Assembly: GCA_965235115.1 (NCBI GenBank)
Contig: OZ249440.1
Span: 17,112,001-17,176,000 of the forward strand
DNA: 64,000 bases
Source of the DNA: Laetmonice hystrix
Lineage: Eukaryota
Reading direction: 5' to 3'
Shown: positions 13,148 to 25,300 of the stretch, one piece after another
How positions within the stretch are numbered: position 1 is the stretch's first letter
Layout of the letters: each line of letters begins with the position of its first letter
Notes under the pieces: generated by a model
Told to the model about the DNA's origin: nothing
Database searches by the model: none
Seen by the model: the letters and a program-made list of their open reading frames with translations, nothing else
Made by a program: the position numbers and the translations under genes

Positions 13148-13516
13148 CTACACCCGAGAATGTCTTCCTGTATCAGTGACACGTAGCTCTGCCAGGTAAT
13201 TCATTCCTACACCCGAGAATGTCTTCCTGTATCAGTGACACGTAGCCCTGCCAGGTAATTCATTCCTACACCCGAGAATGTCTTCCTGTATCAGTGACAC
13301 GTAGCCCTACCAGGTAATTCATTCCTTCACCCCAGAATGTCTTCCTCTATCAGTGACACGTAGCTCTGCCAGGTAATTCATTCCTACACCCGTGAATATC
13401 TTCCTGTATCAGTGACACGTAGCTCTGCCAGGTAATTCATTCCTACACCTGAGAATGTCTTCCTGTATCAGTGACACGTAGCTCTGCCAGGTAATTCATT
13501 CCTACACCCGAGAATG
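13148..13516. repeat. 59-bp minisatellite, right part (about 6.3 units)
   Basis: The same unit resumes in register after the Harbinger insertion. Confidence 0.97.
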
Positions 13517-14265
13517 CTTCCATGGTCTCTTTGTGTCACCATAAAGTCTTAGTATAAGTTCAGTTACAAAATGTATATCAATTTCCAACAGGTAATTCCA
13601 AGGGATTTCAGTCTCTGGGTTAGATTCGTTGAAAGAGCACTAGATGTTTATCTCATCCTACTTTAAGGATATTTTATGTTGTTCTTACCATGAGGGAATC
13701 AACCAGGTTGGCCGAGTTTTGAAACAAAATGACAGATGACAAGTGAGGTTAGCCAAGGTGACCTCGCAGTAAGTACAACCACGCCAGTCCCCGAATACAC
13801 CGCCTAACCTAGATGACAGATGGTCTGTCGCTGAGGTGCTCAGATCAGGGTATATCACGCCCAGTTTATACATATGTCCCACACTGACCTACGAAACGTT
13901 GACAGGAGTTCCTATTACTACGGTTAAACTACATGGTGATGAATAGCTCCCCCTAAACCCCACGCAACCCACAGTGGAGTGGCGTTTAGGAGGGAGGGGG
14001 TTAACTCTATAGTCAAAGGTCGTTATTTCGTCCCTTGGACATCAAGATTTAATTTTTTTTTAGACTAATTCGAGAGCTCTAGAGTTGAGGCGCTCCACGG
14101 GCTTATCTTATGGAAAAAAACATTCTCTTCAGGTGAAAACTATCGAGAGTAAAATCGGCCTCTTCTGAAACTACAGTAGCTTGACCTGCAGAAGAGAAAA
14201 TCACGACCTTTCACATTGGCGTATATAGCGTACTTAGAAACAAAATGAAGAATTGTACTACTCAC

Positions 14266-14338
14266 GTATTCTTTGACGTTCTTGGTCTTGACCGCCTTGT
14301 ACGAAGCATACGCAGGGTAGAGGGTCCCGAACAGGAGT
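14266..14338 (-). CDS. REEP: REEP coding exon 2 ([24 protein letters not shown])
   Basis: ttttcag acceptor and gtgagt donor; 73 nt; hallmark REEP1-4 N-terminal sequence. Confidence 0.98.
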
Positions 14339-15506
14339 CTGAAAATTTCATACAAAGTTGGCGTCATGATGGCAGTCTGATGAAGTGAACTAACTAGAAC
14401 ATGAGAACTACAATATATCCAGTGACATCTGGGATCAGCGGCTGATCACTGGCCCTCCTCATAGGCCTTTGGTCCACCGGCGGTGAAGAGGGAATAAGTA
14501 GGTCAAAAGGTTAATGAGTGCAGGTTTGGTGTCTTTCTGGTGATGGTGGCCAAGGTATATAATTCTGCGCCACCTGCTTATTAAGTTATATAGAGTTCCT
14601 ACAGCTGCTGATCTAGCTGTATGAGGTGGGCCCACTGGGTGTGCAGGGGCTCTGAGCGGTGGCCCACTGGGTAGCACGGGCCAGAAGCTGAGGGAGTGGG
14701 CCCCACTGTACAGCCAGGACTGCCTGAGGTGGTAAGATCAGGCGCCGATCATGGCTGTATGTGTATGGCTGCTATTCTCAGTGGGAACACACGGCCTGAC
14801 ATTGACATTGAGTCCTTCCGTTGGAGGGGATTGAGCGGGGGGTGTAGCCCTCCAGGGCGGCTTCGACCTCTCCCGTAACCTCCTCCCTTCTCCAGGGAGT
14901 CAGTCAGTGTACTTCCCACTCCGTCCCAGCTGTTCTTCCACCTGCCCGGAGAGGTTAGTTCGACTGCGGGCTGTGAAGGTTTCGACCCTGGGGGCTGCTG
15001 TGGCTGCTGCTAGCTACGTCTGCTCTAACTGATGTGGCGTCCTACTTTACACTGGGAAGGACATTTTACCAGCACCCACTCACTACTAGTTCTCCAGTCG
15101 ATAAGCCAGGCGGGCCTAACACTAATACCCAGATATACCCCCGCCCCATTCCCCCCACCCCCTTACCAACCGGCTGCTGACCTGCTCAATAACGGTCCTG
15201 TGTGTGTGAGGGGGGGATGCTATTTTAGGCTAGGTGCCAAGATGGCTCGGGTCTGTACTCTTTCTGGAGCTGGGTCTCCTCTCTCATACACCACCACCAC
15301 CACACACACACTTACATTATAAAATACATGGCTCCCCACTTAGGCTCGATCCATGCATATACAGGAATGTATGGGGGAAACTAAAGTGTCCTTTGCTTGG
15401 AAACCGTCCTGTTCAAAGCAAGTATACTCTCAACTTGTGAACCACTTCAATCTACATGGGCCTACTTTCAATGACACTAGTTAGCCAGTGTACGGGGCTT
15501 CCATTT

Positions 15507-17000
15507 ACACCAGCCACTGTACTGACCTGGGCTACCCCCACTGAAACCAGCCACTGTACTGACGTGGGCTACCCCCACTGACACCAGCCACTGTACTGGC
15601 CTGGGCTACCCCCACTGACACCAGCCACTGTACTGACGTGGGCTACCCCCACTGACACCAGCCACTGTACTGACGTGGGCTACCCCCACTGACACCAGCC
15701 ACTGTACTGACCTGGGCTACCCCCACTGACACCAGCCACTGTACTGGCCTGGGCTACCCCCACTGACACCAGCCACTGTACTGACGTGGGCTACCCCCAC
15801 TGACACCAGCCACTGTACTGACGTGGGCTACCCCCACTGAAACCAGCCACTGTACTGACGTGGGCTACCCCCACTGACACCAGCCACTGTACTGACGTGG
15901 GCTACCCCCACTGACACCAGCCACTGTACTGACGTGGGCTACCCCCACTGACACCAGCCACTGTACTGACGTGGGCTACCCCCACTGACACCAGCCACTG
16001 TACTGACGTGGGCTACCCCCACTGACACCAGCCACTTTACTGACGTGGGCTACCCCCACTGACACCAGCCACTGTACTGACGTGGGCTACCCCCACTGAC
16101 ACCAGCCACTGTACTGACGTGGGCTACCCCCACTGACACCAGCCACTGTACTGACTTGGGCTACCCCCACTGACACCAGCCACTGTACTGACGTGGGCTA
16201 CCCCCACTGACACCAGCCACTGTACTGACGTGGGCTACCCCCACTGACACCAGCCACTGTACTGACCTGGGCTACCCCCACTGACACCAGCCACTGTACT
16301 GACCTGGGCTACCCCCACTGACACCAGCCACTGTACTGACCTGGGCTACCCCCACTGACACCAGCCACTGTACTGACCTGGGCTACCCCCACTGACACCA
16401 GCCACTGTACTGACCTGGGCTACCCCCACTGAAACCAGCCACTGTACTGACCTGGGCTACCCCCACTGACACCAGCCAGTGTGCTGACCTGGGCTACCCC
16501 CACTGACACCAGCCACTGTACTGACCTGGGCTACCCCCACTGAAACCAGCCACTGTACTGACGTGGGCTACCCCCACTGACACCAGCCAGTGTGCTGACC
16601 TGGGCTACCCCCACTGACACCAGCCACTGTACTGACGTGGGCTACCCCCACTGACACCAGCCACTGTACTGACCTGGGCTACCCCCACTGACACCAGCCA
16701 CTGTACTGACCTGGGCTACCCCCACTGACACCAGCCACTGTACTGACCTGGGCTACCCCCACTGAAACCAGCCACTGTACTGACCTGGCATACCCCACTG
16801 ACACCAGCCACTGTACTGGCCTGGGCTACCCCCACTGACACCAGCCACTGTACTGACCTGGGCTACCCCCACTGACACCAGCCACTGTACTGACCTGGGC
16901 TACCCCCACTGACACCAGCCACTGTACTGACCTGGGCTACCCCCACTGACACCAGCCACTGTACTGACTTGGGCTACCCCCACTGACACCAGCCACTGTA
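15507..17000. repeat. 37-bp minisatellite, about 40 units
   Basis: Unit ACACCAGCCACTGTACTGAC(G/C)TGGGCTACCCCCACTG; head-to-tail with no spacers, so not a CRISPR array. Confidence 0.98.
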
Positions 17001-17241
17001 GGTGTACTGGGCTTCCACTGATACATATGGACTTCCAGATAGGAACTGAATTGTATCGAACAAAATTACAATATGCTCTACAAATCTGTTATTTGATCAT
17101 ATATCAGCCTTGACCTTTCCCCTGTGAATTACAAGAATTGCCCTGGTTTGACCCCCCAGAAAACTCGGGCTAGTCAAGCTTAGCTATGGTTATATGTTGA
17201 TCTGATGCCAGTGATGGCAGTGTTTTCAAGTCAGAACTTAC

Positions 17242-17324
17242 CCTTGTAAAAACAATCTGCGTAGTTGCTCACCAAGTCTGCCTACCAACGGTGCTCTATC
17301 TACAGAGCCTTGAGCCCTGGGCAT
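17242..17324 (-). CDS. REEP: Putative alternative first coding exon of REEP (MPRAQGSVDRAPLVGRLGEQLRRLFLQ+G)
   Basis: ATG at 17324, open to CAA GG|gtaagttc. The phase-2 donor splices in frame to exon 2 (GG+A = Gly, then LLFGTLYP). An X-box lies 106-119 bp upstream. Confidence 0.5.
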
Positions 17325-17429
17325 TTCGAGAGGCTTGATCTGATAGCAATTTAATAAAGCTATATATGAAGTGGAGCTATAGATCTCATGAACCACAAAC
17401 CACCATCTGGGTTGTGGCGCCACCGTGTG

Positions 17430-17443
17430 GTTTCTATGGCAAC
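17430..17443. promoter_or_regulatory. RFX X-box (GTTTCTATGGCAAC)
   Basis: Fits the 14-bp X-box consensus GTHNYYATRRNAAC; lies just upstream of the putative alternative REEP exon. Confidence 0.55.
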
Positions 17444-19219
17444 TGAGCCGCCCTGAAGGTCTCTGGTTGCTTACCCCCCTCATTTGTAGGCCTTGTCATC
17501 CAGGCATCAACATATCACGCAAAAGTAACCCAATCCCCTCACCTCAACCTTTGACAAGAGCATGATCTATTCTAAAATTAATGGTACCTAGTTATATTGG
17601 ACATTGCGTATTTTGCGAGTATCACTATCAGACAGATTCTCACTATAAATTAAACATGTATTGTGACCCCCAGGTATAACTATAAGAATGGATCTGTTCC
17701 GGGTCATACCTGCGCGTCAACTCATTCCAGGGGATCACAATGGCACATTCACACTAACACAAGCCCATCCTCAAGCTCGTCGGAATGATTGGCACTAATT
17801 ACAATTTCATAAACAAACTTTTAAGTTGCCAATTTTTATCAGTTTGAGAACTGAATCATGTTTTTCTGTTTGTGCTGCCTTATTTGTACTGGCTTCTCTG
17901 GCTGATGTGAATAGTGGTGATTACCAATTCTAATTCAGTAACTGGCTTTTTTGGTTTACCATCTTCAATTTAGAGACATTCACTTGGAATTCAGGTCCCT
18001 CTTGAACGAGTGGTTGTTCCTTTGAGACAAATAAAAGCCAAGAATTCCATCACAAATGTCGCTCCTGCCCTGGTGCATTTAACAAAAACGCTGTCCTTAA
18101 TGTACATGTTTGTGTGTTTGATCAATAAACTCCAGTGCAAGTTGATTTTAGATTTTTACTACATGTGCAGACAATACCGTTACATAAAATATGTACAACA
18201 TTATAGGTACTTGGACTATCTCTATAGACGGTTGCTGCAATTACATTGTATAGTGAGACTGAGAGTTTAATGTTGTCCTAAATATCATAGAAAATGCACT
18301 GCAATGCATAATGCTGCATTATCATGACGACAACCCTCTACTGATCCACTGGCATGGACTGTTAGTGTTACGTTTACAATGTCTCGCTAAAAGTAGCTCG
18401 GTATTCTAAAGAATATTTGGAAACACATGTTTTGGCTAGGAACAATATTTCGTGTCACCCAGCAACGTCCCACCAACTGTACCGAAGTGATCAATGACCC
18501 TGCAAAAAAAGCTATCGTGGCTTCTCTGCAGGTGGCAGCACTGAAGAATGTCTGCACCACCATAGGGCTCCATACCCTTAATCTCTTTCTTATGGCCGTA
18601 GAACTTCGCAGATAGTAAACACGTAAAATGTCTCCCTCATGACAACAAAATGAAACATGGGGCGATTCTCCCAAAATTCATAAAATCCACTGAAAAAGCT
18701 TTCATCTCATGAATGTAAAAATAAAAACACTGTTGGATCATTGAAATTGACTGATTCAGGGATATAATAACCAAACGAGTGTCTGACGGCCAACCAACCA
18801 GCCAGTTGGTATACGTGTACATTCTGCCGAGTGCCTCAGCTAGTAGATCTGAGATGTGTACAGTAAATAAAACCAGTTCCACCCGACTCGTGCCAAGTCA
18901 ACAGCTTCCTACGTTACCCACGCCAGCGCCCGAGTACGGCCCACATTCTCACTGTCTGTTGTTGAACTGGTTTGTGGCCTTAACAAAAAACGCCCATATG
19001 ACCTAAAGTCCTTGAGGTTCAGGCTTTGGCCACTGATGTTGCGTAGAAATAAGGTTACATGTCATTTTCACTTAAAAGCTGAGGTTGCACCTTATCTTAC
19101 TGCCGTAGTTTGGAAATGGTATACAACTTACACATGTGTCCCAGAATTAGAATGGGACACTTTTTCTTTATCTGCGTAAAATGTCACTTTCTAAGTATTA
19201 CCTAGTGTACCTAGGTAGT

Positions 19220-19620
19220 TAGACAAACTTGTGCAAACCCTAGTCAGTACTCCGCTTCGCTCCTGACGAATTTGGTTGTCTTGCTGTACTATGAAAGAAG
19301 TAGTAGCAGGCTGACAGTGATCTTTTTTTGCAACTTATCCCCATATTTTCCCGTTTTGACTCACCAATTCATCAAGATAAATTAATGCACTTACCACCAC
19401 CGCCGGTTTAGAGGTACATGTACTGAGATTACAGAGCCTGTAGATCTTATATTTGAAGAACAACCGAAATCAGCATGTGATCGTGTGGGTAAGTGTGTTA
19501 GCTTTTAAAAGAGTACCGTCAGCCTGCCACTAGTTCTTTCATACTAAAGTATGACACCAAAATTGTCAAACCGTATGTCAGGAGCGAAGCAGAGTACTGA
19601 CTTGGGTTTGCACTTATCTA
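19220..19620. mobile_element. MITE with about 37-bp inverted repeats
   Basis: GTGCAAACCCTAGTCAGTACTCCGCTTCGCTCCTGAC (19231-19267) pairs with GTCAGGAGCGAAGCAGAGTACTGACTTGGGTTTGCAC (19578-19613); exact ends and TSD are uncertain. Confidence 0.72.
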
Positions 19621-20979
19621 GAAGTGTACCTGAAGCCCATCCAAGAGAAACAATCATCTTTTACTATATAACCTGCTATTACCTTAATTAACATATCAGC
19701 AGGAACCTAGCATTCTGGCATTCCTTTCAGGTTCCCTCGTGCGGCACTTGGAATTCGCCATGATGGGAGGGGGTGGCGTGGGGGCAAGAATGATGGGGTT
19801 TCATGTTGTTTTCCTTAATCTCGGTTCTGGAAGTGATGTCAATCTGAGCTTATTACGCTGTTCCTGACAACAAAATGGCCTCTCCCTAGTCTTTTTATGG
19901 AGGCCGGCCAACGGCAATCCTGCCCACAAAAGACACGTCTTGGGTGTAGTCAGCCTAATGACGCAATGAATGAATCAAGGGCTTATTGCCACGCGTTGAG
20001 AAAGGCATTAACTACTCCATCCCTTGGTGCACTCATTCATGAACTAGGTTAATCTCCAAATCTGGTGGTCATTGTTCTGCCGAAAACTTTTAAAGACCTG
20101 TGCATCAAGACAAAAGTGAACCGTGTTATTATAATGCATATCACTATCAGTAAAAAATTCTGGGGGGAAATGCCAGACTCTTGCTTCTGGACTCTCTCAG
20201 CTCAGCATGAGAATGCTTTATTATAGGCAAGATGGTGGCGAAGTCTTATGGATCAGTGGCCAAGAGCGACCTCTGGTGGAAGTTTGGATTAGTGGCCACT
20301 AAACTGGGTTAATAATCTAGGTCATTCTCCAGGTGATTGAACCGGTCAGTGCCTAAAGGATTTAGGTCACTGAAAGGGTAATCTAGGTCAATAACCAAGT
20401 CAAGTAGGTTAGTGGCCCAGTTGCCAAGGTCACTGGCCTAGTAATCAAGGTCAGTCGGTGATACACTGGTGAGACAAGTGGCTGAGAATAGGCGACCGGC
20501 AGGCCAAGGCAAGGAGAGTGCAGGGCCGGCTGAAAAGGACCTAGATTACATACTATTACATAACCATCTTCAACGTCAATATATCAGTTAGATGGCCAAG
20601 TCAACTGATACTCACTTTTCAACCTTCTGCGCCCCCCGCCCCCATTTCCTGAACTGGTTTTTGTTCTTCCAGACCCCCATACTATAAGCCAATCAATGAA
20701 TTGCGGCCAGCATACAGAGCATGCAGCCTGGGGTGCCTGGACTTGGATCCTGCGCAGCGTACCGAGTCTGTATAGATGAGGCGGGATCAGTTTCACTGAG
20801 CACAGTTGTTGTAGGCGCCAATGTATCCCCTCCCCCACCCCCCACGGTCATCTTGGCAACATGAACCATCCAATCAGTAGGCTGCCTTCTGACCTGAATC
20901 TTTCTCCCTTACCATTTCAAGGTCACATTCACATTCAGGCCAAAACCCTGGTGGAGAATCCCAAAGGCCATTCTTTTGC

Positions 20980-20993
20980 GTTGCTATGGCAAC
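20980..20993. promoter_or_regulatory. RFX X-box (GTTGCTATGGCAAC)
   Basis: One mismatch from the ideal palindrome GTTGCCATGGCAAC; in REEP intron 1. Confidence 0.55.
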
Positions 20994-22135
20994 TTGGATC
21001 CCCTGGCAGGGCTCTCTATAAGGTGGGGTTGCCTGGGATTTCACGCCTGTATCAAATAATTGAAATATCAAGGGGGGATGCTTACATTACAGTGTACTGG
21101 CAACAATGTGAACCATGGGTAGGGCAGAGGGGGCCAATTTTACCTCAATAACCCATTCATTACCTCTGGTTGTTTAGGGGATCACCGATTCCCACCAGTA
21201 TCACTGACAGTGACTTGACTATGCATGTGTTGATCCAATAGGTTTGATATGACACCAGTACGACTATGGCCCATCAAACAGCGAACAGAGTTGTTCCATG
21301 ATTAAGAAAACCCCTTTTATTCATCAAATCTAATATTTTTTTTACGACTTTTGCATGTGGATGGAAGAAAGAGAGAAAGAAGGAACTTTATATAGAAACT
21401 TTAAGAAAGACAGAAATAGCATGATACGAAAATCATGTCTCTGACTATGCTGCTAATTTAAACGAAAGGTCTCTCTGCTCTAGCTCAGGGATACCAATGA
21501 AAATAGTTTTCTATATATCTGAATGTTTAATCATTAACAGTGAATCTTAAACTTAAAACTTTCATGGTAAAAAAATACCAACCCTGTCAGATAGGCCCCC
21601 AAAACCCAAGAGCGGGTAGACAAATGGGGGTGGGGTGGAGGGGGCAGAGCACTGGCCCTAAAATATGAATATTTTCTGACTTAGCCCGCATTGTGCCTGT
21701 GGACATTGAAAAGGTCTTGCCCTCAGCCAATTCAGAATCTGTTAGCTGACACTTCCATAATGCAAAAGCGACGCAACGCGATGCCACACAATGGACAAGT
21801 ACTACGGCGTCCAGGTACTTACTCAGCCCTATAAATAGCATGGTATAATTTTTTTTCTTTGCCAAGTAACGTCATTAGCCAGCTTGAAAATACCAACCAC
21901 ACTTGGCTATATCGTGGCAGTTCTACACAAACCTCTGTAGTCGCATTGTCTGCCGTCAGCACTTTGATCAATGGATCCAGGCCACGGCTTTCAGTCACCC
22001 CAGCTGTGCACACATTCTGAATACATTGGAAACTGGATCAGAAACTAGATCCTGATCAATGTTTATATTTAATACCCATACAATTTAAAGAAACAACTTT
22101 CCTAAACCCTAAATTTCCCATATACCAAGCCTGCG

Positions 22136-22320
22136 CTGCCTGCCCCAGAACCTCAGTCTACCCCAGAAACTCACTCTGCCAGCCCCAGAAACTCATCTGC
22201 CTGCCCCAGAACCTCACTCTACCTGCCCCAGGACCTCACTCTGCCTGCCCCAGGACCTCACTCTGCCTGCCCCAGGACCTCACTCTACCTGCCCCAGGAC
22301 CTCACTCTGCCTGCCCCAGG
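22136..22320. repeat. 22-bp tandem repeat, about 8 units
   Basis: Unit GCCTGCCCCAGGACCTCACTCT; degenerate at the left end. Confidence 0.9.
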
Positions 22321-25300
22321 ACTTCATTGTGCCTACCCCAGAAACGCACCCTGCCTGCCCTTTTTCAATAGAAGATTGGAAACATGGAAGACATGAAAAA
22401 CTGCTAAGAATAGTTCTGTCAAGTCTTTCATAGATCGATGTTACATTGTTTTGTACACGGTTTGATGTCACAGCACTGACAACTATGACATGTGGGTCTG
22501 CCATCCTAAAGTGGCACAAGTAACCCAGTTAGGGAAGTCGTGTATTACTAATTATGTATTTGCTGGCACTGACTACCAGGTAGTCAGTGCCAGCATTGCC
22601 CGGATTTATCCGCCTTCTGACCTTCCCGACTTTTCCTACATTTGAATAAAATTTCCGCGCTCATACAAGTGCAAGCCTTTTTTCAAAGAAATGTTTTAAC
22701 AACACGGCACAGGAATGAGCCATGACACAGCAGTTGTGAAGAGAATCGTGAATCTTTAGATTTAGTGAAACAGAAAACGGCAAACATGTTGTTTACAAAT
22801 ATTTCACTCTACACCATATTCTTTCAGTTTCATCATCAATTCTTACGTGCTGTCATTTAAATTAGGTAAACTAGCATTCAGCTGTCACAGTGAAACAACG
22901 CATTACGCGTAAATTTATAGATGACCAACACGTGGACATGTGCAGCATTTTGAAGCACAGGGGTAGTATTCCTTCAGTTCAATGAGCAAACAGAAAACCT
23001 TGCCCTATTATTTATAAGAGTTTGGGACATATAGCCTCTTTAGTGGTGTGCTTCTAAACTTAGAAATTTGGACTACATTTTTCATCCACATATCATGAGA
23101 ATTCAGAGAAAGATAGAATTTTATATTTGCACCCAAAGCCAAGAAAGGGTTCATTATTTAAAGCTCATGACATCTGATTGTAGATCCTTTTTCTACCATT
23201 AAGACTCTATAAAGATGTTTTTTTTAAAATAAAAATTGAAATGCTAATGCAATGTACAGACCAGATGTAAATTATATCTAGGCCATCTACTGATACAGCC
23301 TGTTTTTTTCTCCCCATCCTAGGTCAGCCATCATAGATCAATGTACTATCATAGAGTGCAGTCTATATTTAGCCAAAGCCAGCCTGCCGCAAGAAACAAG
23401 CCTGTGGCGTTTTCTATTTTAAAATCTTTGAGGCTCCACCTCGACCTGCTTGACATTTTCTACTGACATTCAACTCGCTACGAAATCAATATTTACAAAT
23501 CTTTTGGATATATCTCATAATCTGCAGCATGACACTGACAACAAGATTCACACACAACGCAGCAATTTTATAGATTTGTCTAATGTATACCAATGCCAGA
23601 ATGGCAAATCAGCCAAAAAATGCTTAATGGTGCTCTTGAATTAAAAGAAGGGAGAAAAAGAAAATAAATCTGATCTCTCTCAATACAGACTGATCACTCT
23701 GCTGTTTTTCATCAATTGAGAAATAAACAAAATTATAGAAATCACGCCTACACCTTGGTTATTCTTGTAGCCCGAGTCGGCCTCGGAATACATAATATAT
23801 TTGTGTGCTTTGACAAAAATTCAAAATGCCTCACATGCCATCCTTAAAAAAAATGGTGGATTTATGTACCTCCTGGGGTATACTATAATGAAAGCTTTGC
23901 ATATTTTAAGAAGAGACATGAGTGCATAGATCTATTCAATGTTACTTCTTCATCAGTTTAAAAACAATCTACAATAATACTCTTCACAGAAACGCTTGCA
24001 TCGAGCCTTAATAAACAATAGAGAGTATCAAAATGGCACAAACTGGTTGTTTCAATGTATGTCTTTGAAAGAACACAGGAAGCTCTGTGAGTCATTCAGG
24101 ATGTTTGTATTCCCAAGATCATTTTTGTGAAAGAAAACTCTGGTTCAAGACCTGGACCACATCCGACATTATTCATGCTGAACTCAACTGGTTGCATGAC
24201 AGGTCACAGACTTCTTCATATCATTTGACACTGAACCTCTCCACTGGCATCAGACACCCGGACTTGAAACATTCAGTGGTGCAGGGCACATATTTTCGTT
24301 CCTTTGTTATGGTTGACTTTTCTATTGTTTGGTTGCTCCTGCGCAGTAGTGCTCTATCAACTTCCACTTCAAGGTGGTTCGATAGATGGGGCAAAGACCC
24401 ACCCCCCACCACCAAATTGGCGAGAATATTGTGGCGAGAATTCCTAGTGAAACACCTCCCGTTCCCTAGATCACCAGATTGGCGACGGTGTTGGCCAAAG
24501 TTGGCGAAAATCAACGTTAGTGAAACGCCTCCCAGGGACAACTAACGGTAATCTATTTATCGCTTGACCCTGAAATTTTAACATGGTGTCCCACTCTCCA
24601 GAAAGAGCTCGTTCACTTGATTCAATCTCTGCCACACGCTGGGTACTAGCGTTCGAGTGACCCCTGACCTGACCTAGAAATCCCCGACCGGAACAGCCGA
24701 ACATTGCCGAGCTTGAATCTCGGCTGCTCGATTTTGCCGAGGCACTCTTGTTGTTCACTTTTACGGCGCAGTCTGTCAGAATATATATGCCACATTTAAA
24801 TCTTCGGAGAAATCATCTGCAGCTGCTATGTTGAATGGAAGTACCTAGTCGGAAAGACCCGAAGTATTTCGAATCATCCCGAAATTGGCCAACTGACTTG
24901 CAAAGTTCTATAGCTGATTTCCCTCTGCAAACTTCTTAATATTTCACCAGATATTTCTCTTGTAGGGTGAATGTCACTTGTTATAATCTCGGTTTGGAGA
25001 TTTAACTTTATAGATCTATACCGGTACCATAAAGGGTGGCCGACTGAAAAAAAACAGGGTTAAACGCGTACCGGCCTGATTTTGCCCGTAAAAAGTCAGG
25101 TGTGGCAGACGGGTAGTGGAGCGAGCCCCTCTGCATTATGGGAGATTGATGGTGTTCCTAGGGTTCAAAGGTAAGTATCTGAGGAATTTTTGGTGTAACT
25201 TTAAAACAAACAGGGAATAATTCGCAAATTATGTTAAAGGCAGTAGTTATTTTGCCAAACTCTCAAAGGGCTATTCTGTCAGAACGAGATCTCCCTCTAC

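Noticed and set aside
15507-17000. CRISPR-like appearance of the 37-bp and 59-bp arrays
   Set aside because: Units are head-to-tail with no unique spacers, there are no cas genes, and the context is a eukaryotic intron.
19395-19422. 28-nt segment with acceptor and GTAAGT donor in REEP intron 1
   Set aside because: It lies inside a MITE, would frameshift exon 2 and has a weak acceptor.
24087-24545. 152-aa plus-strand ORF and overlapping ORFs
   Set aside because: No recognisable family; the region has internal direct repeats (TAGTGAAAC.CCTCCC) suggestive of a transposon fragment whose ends I could not define.
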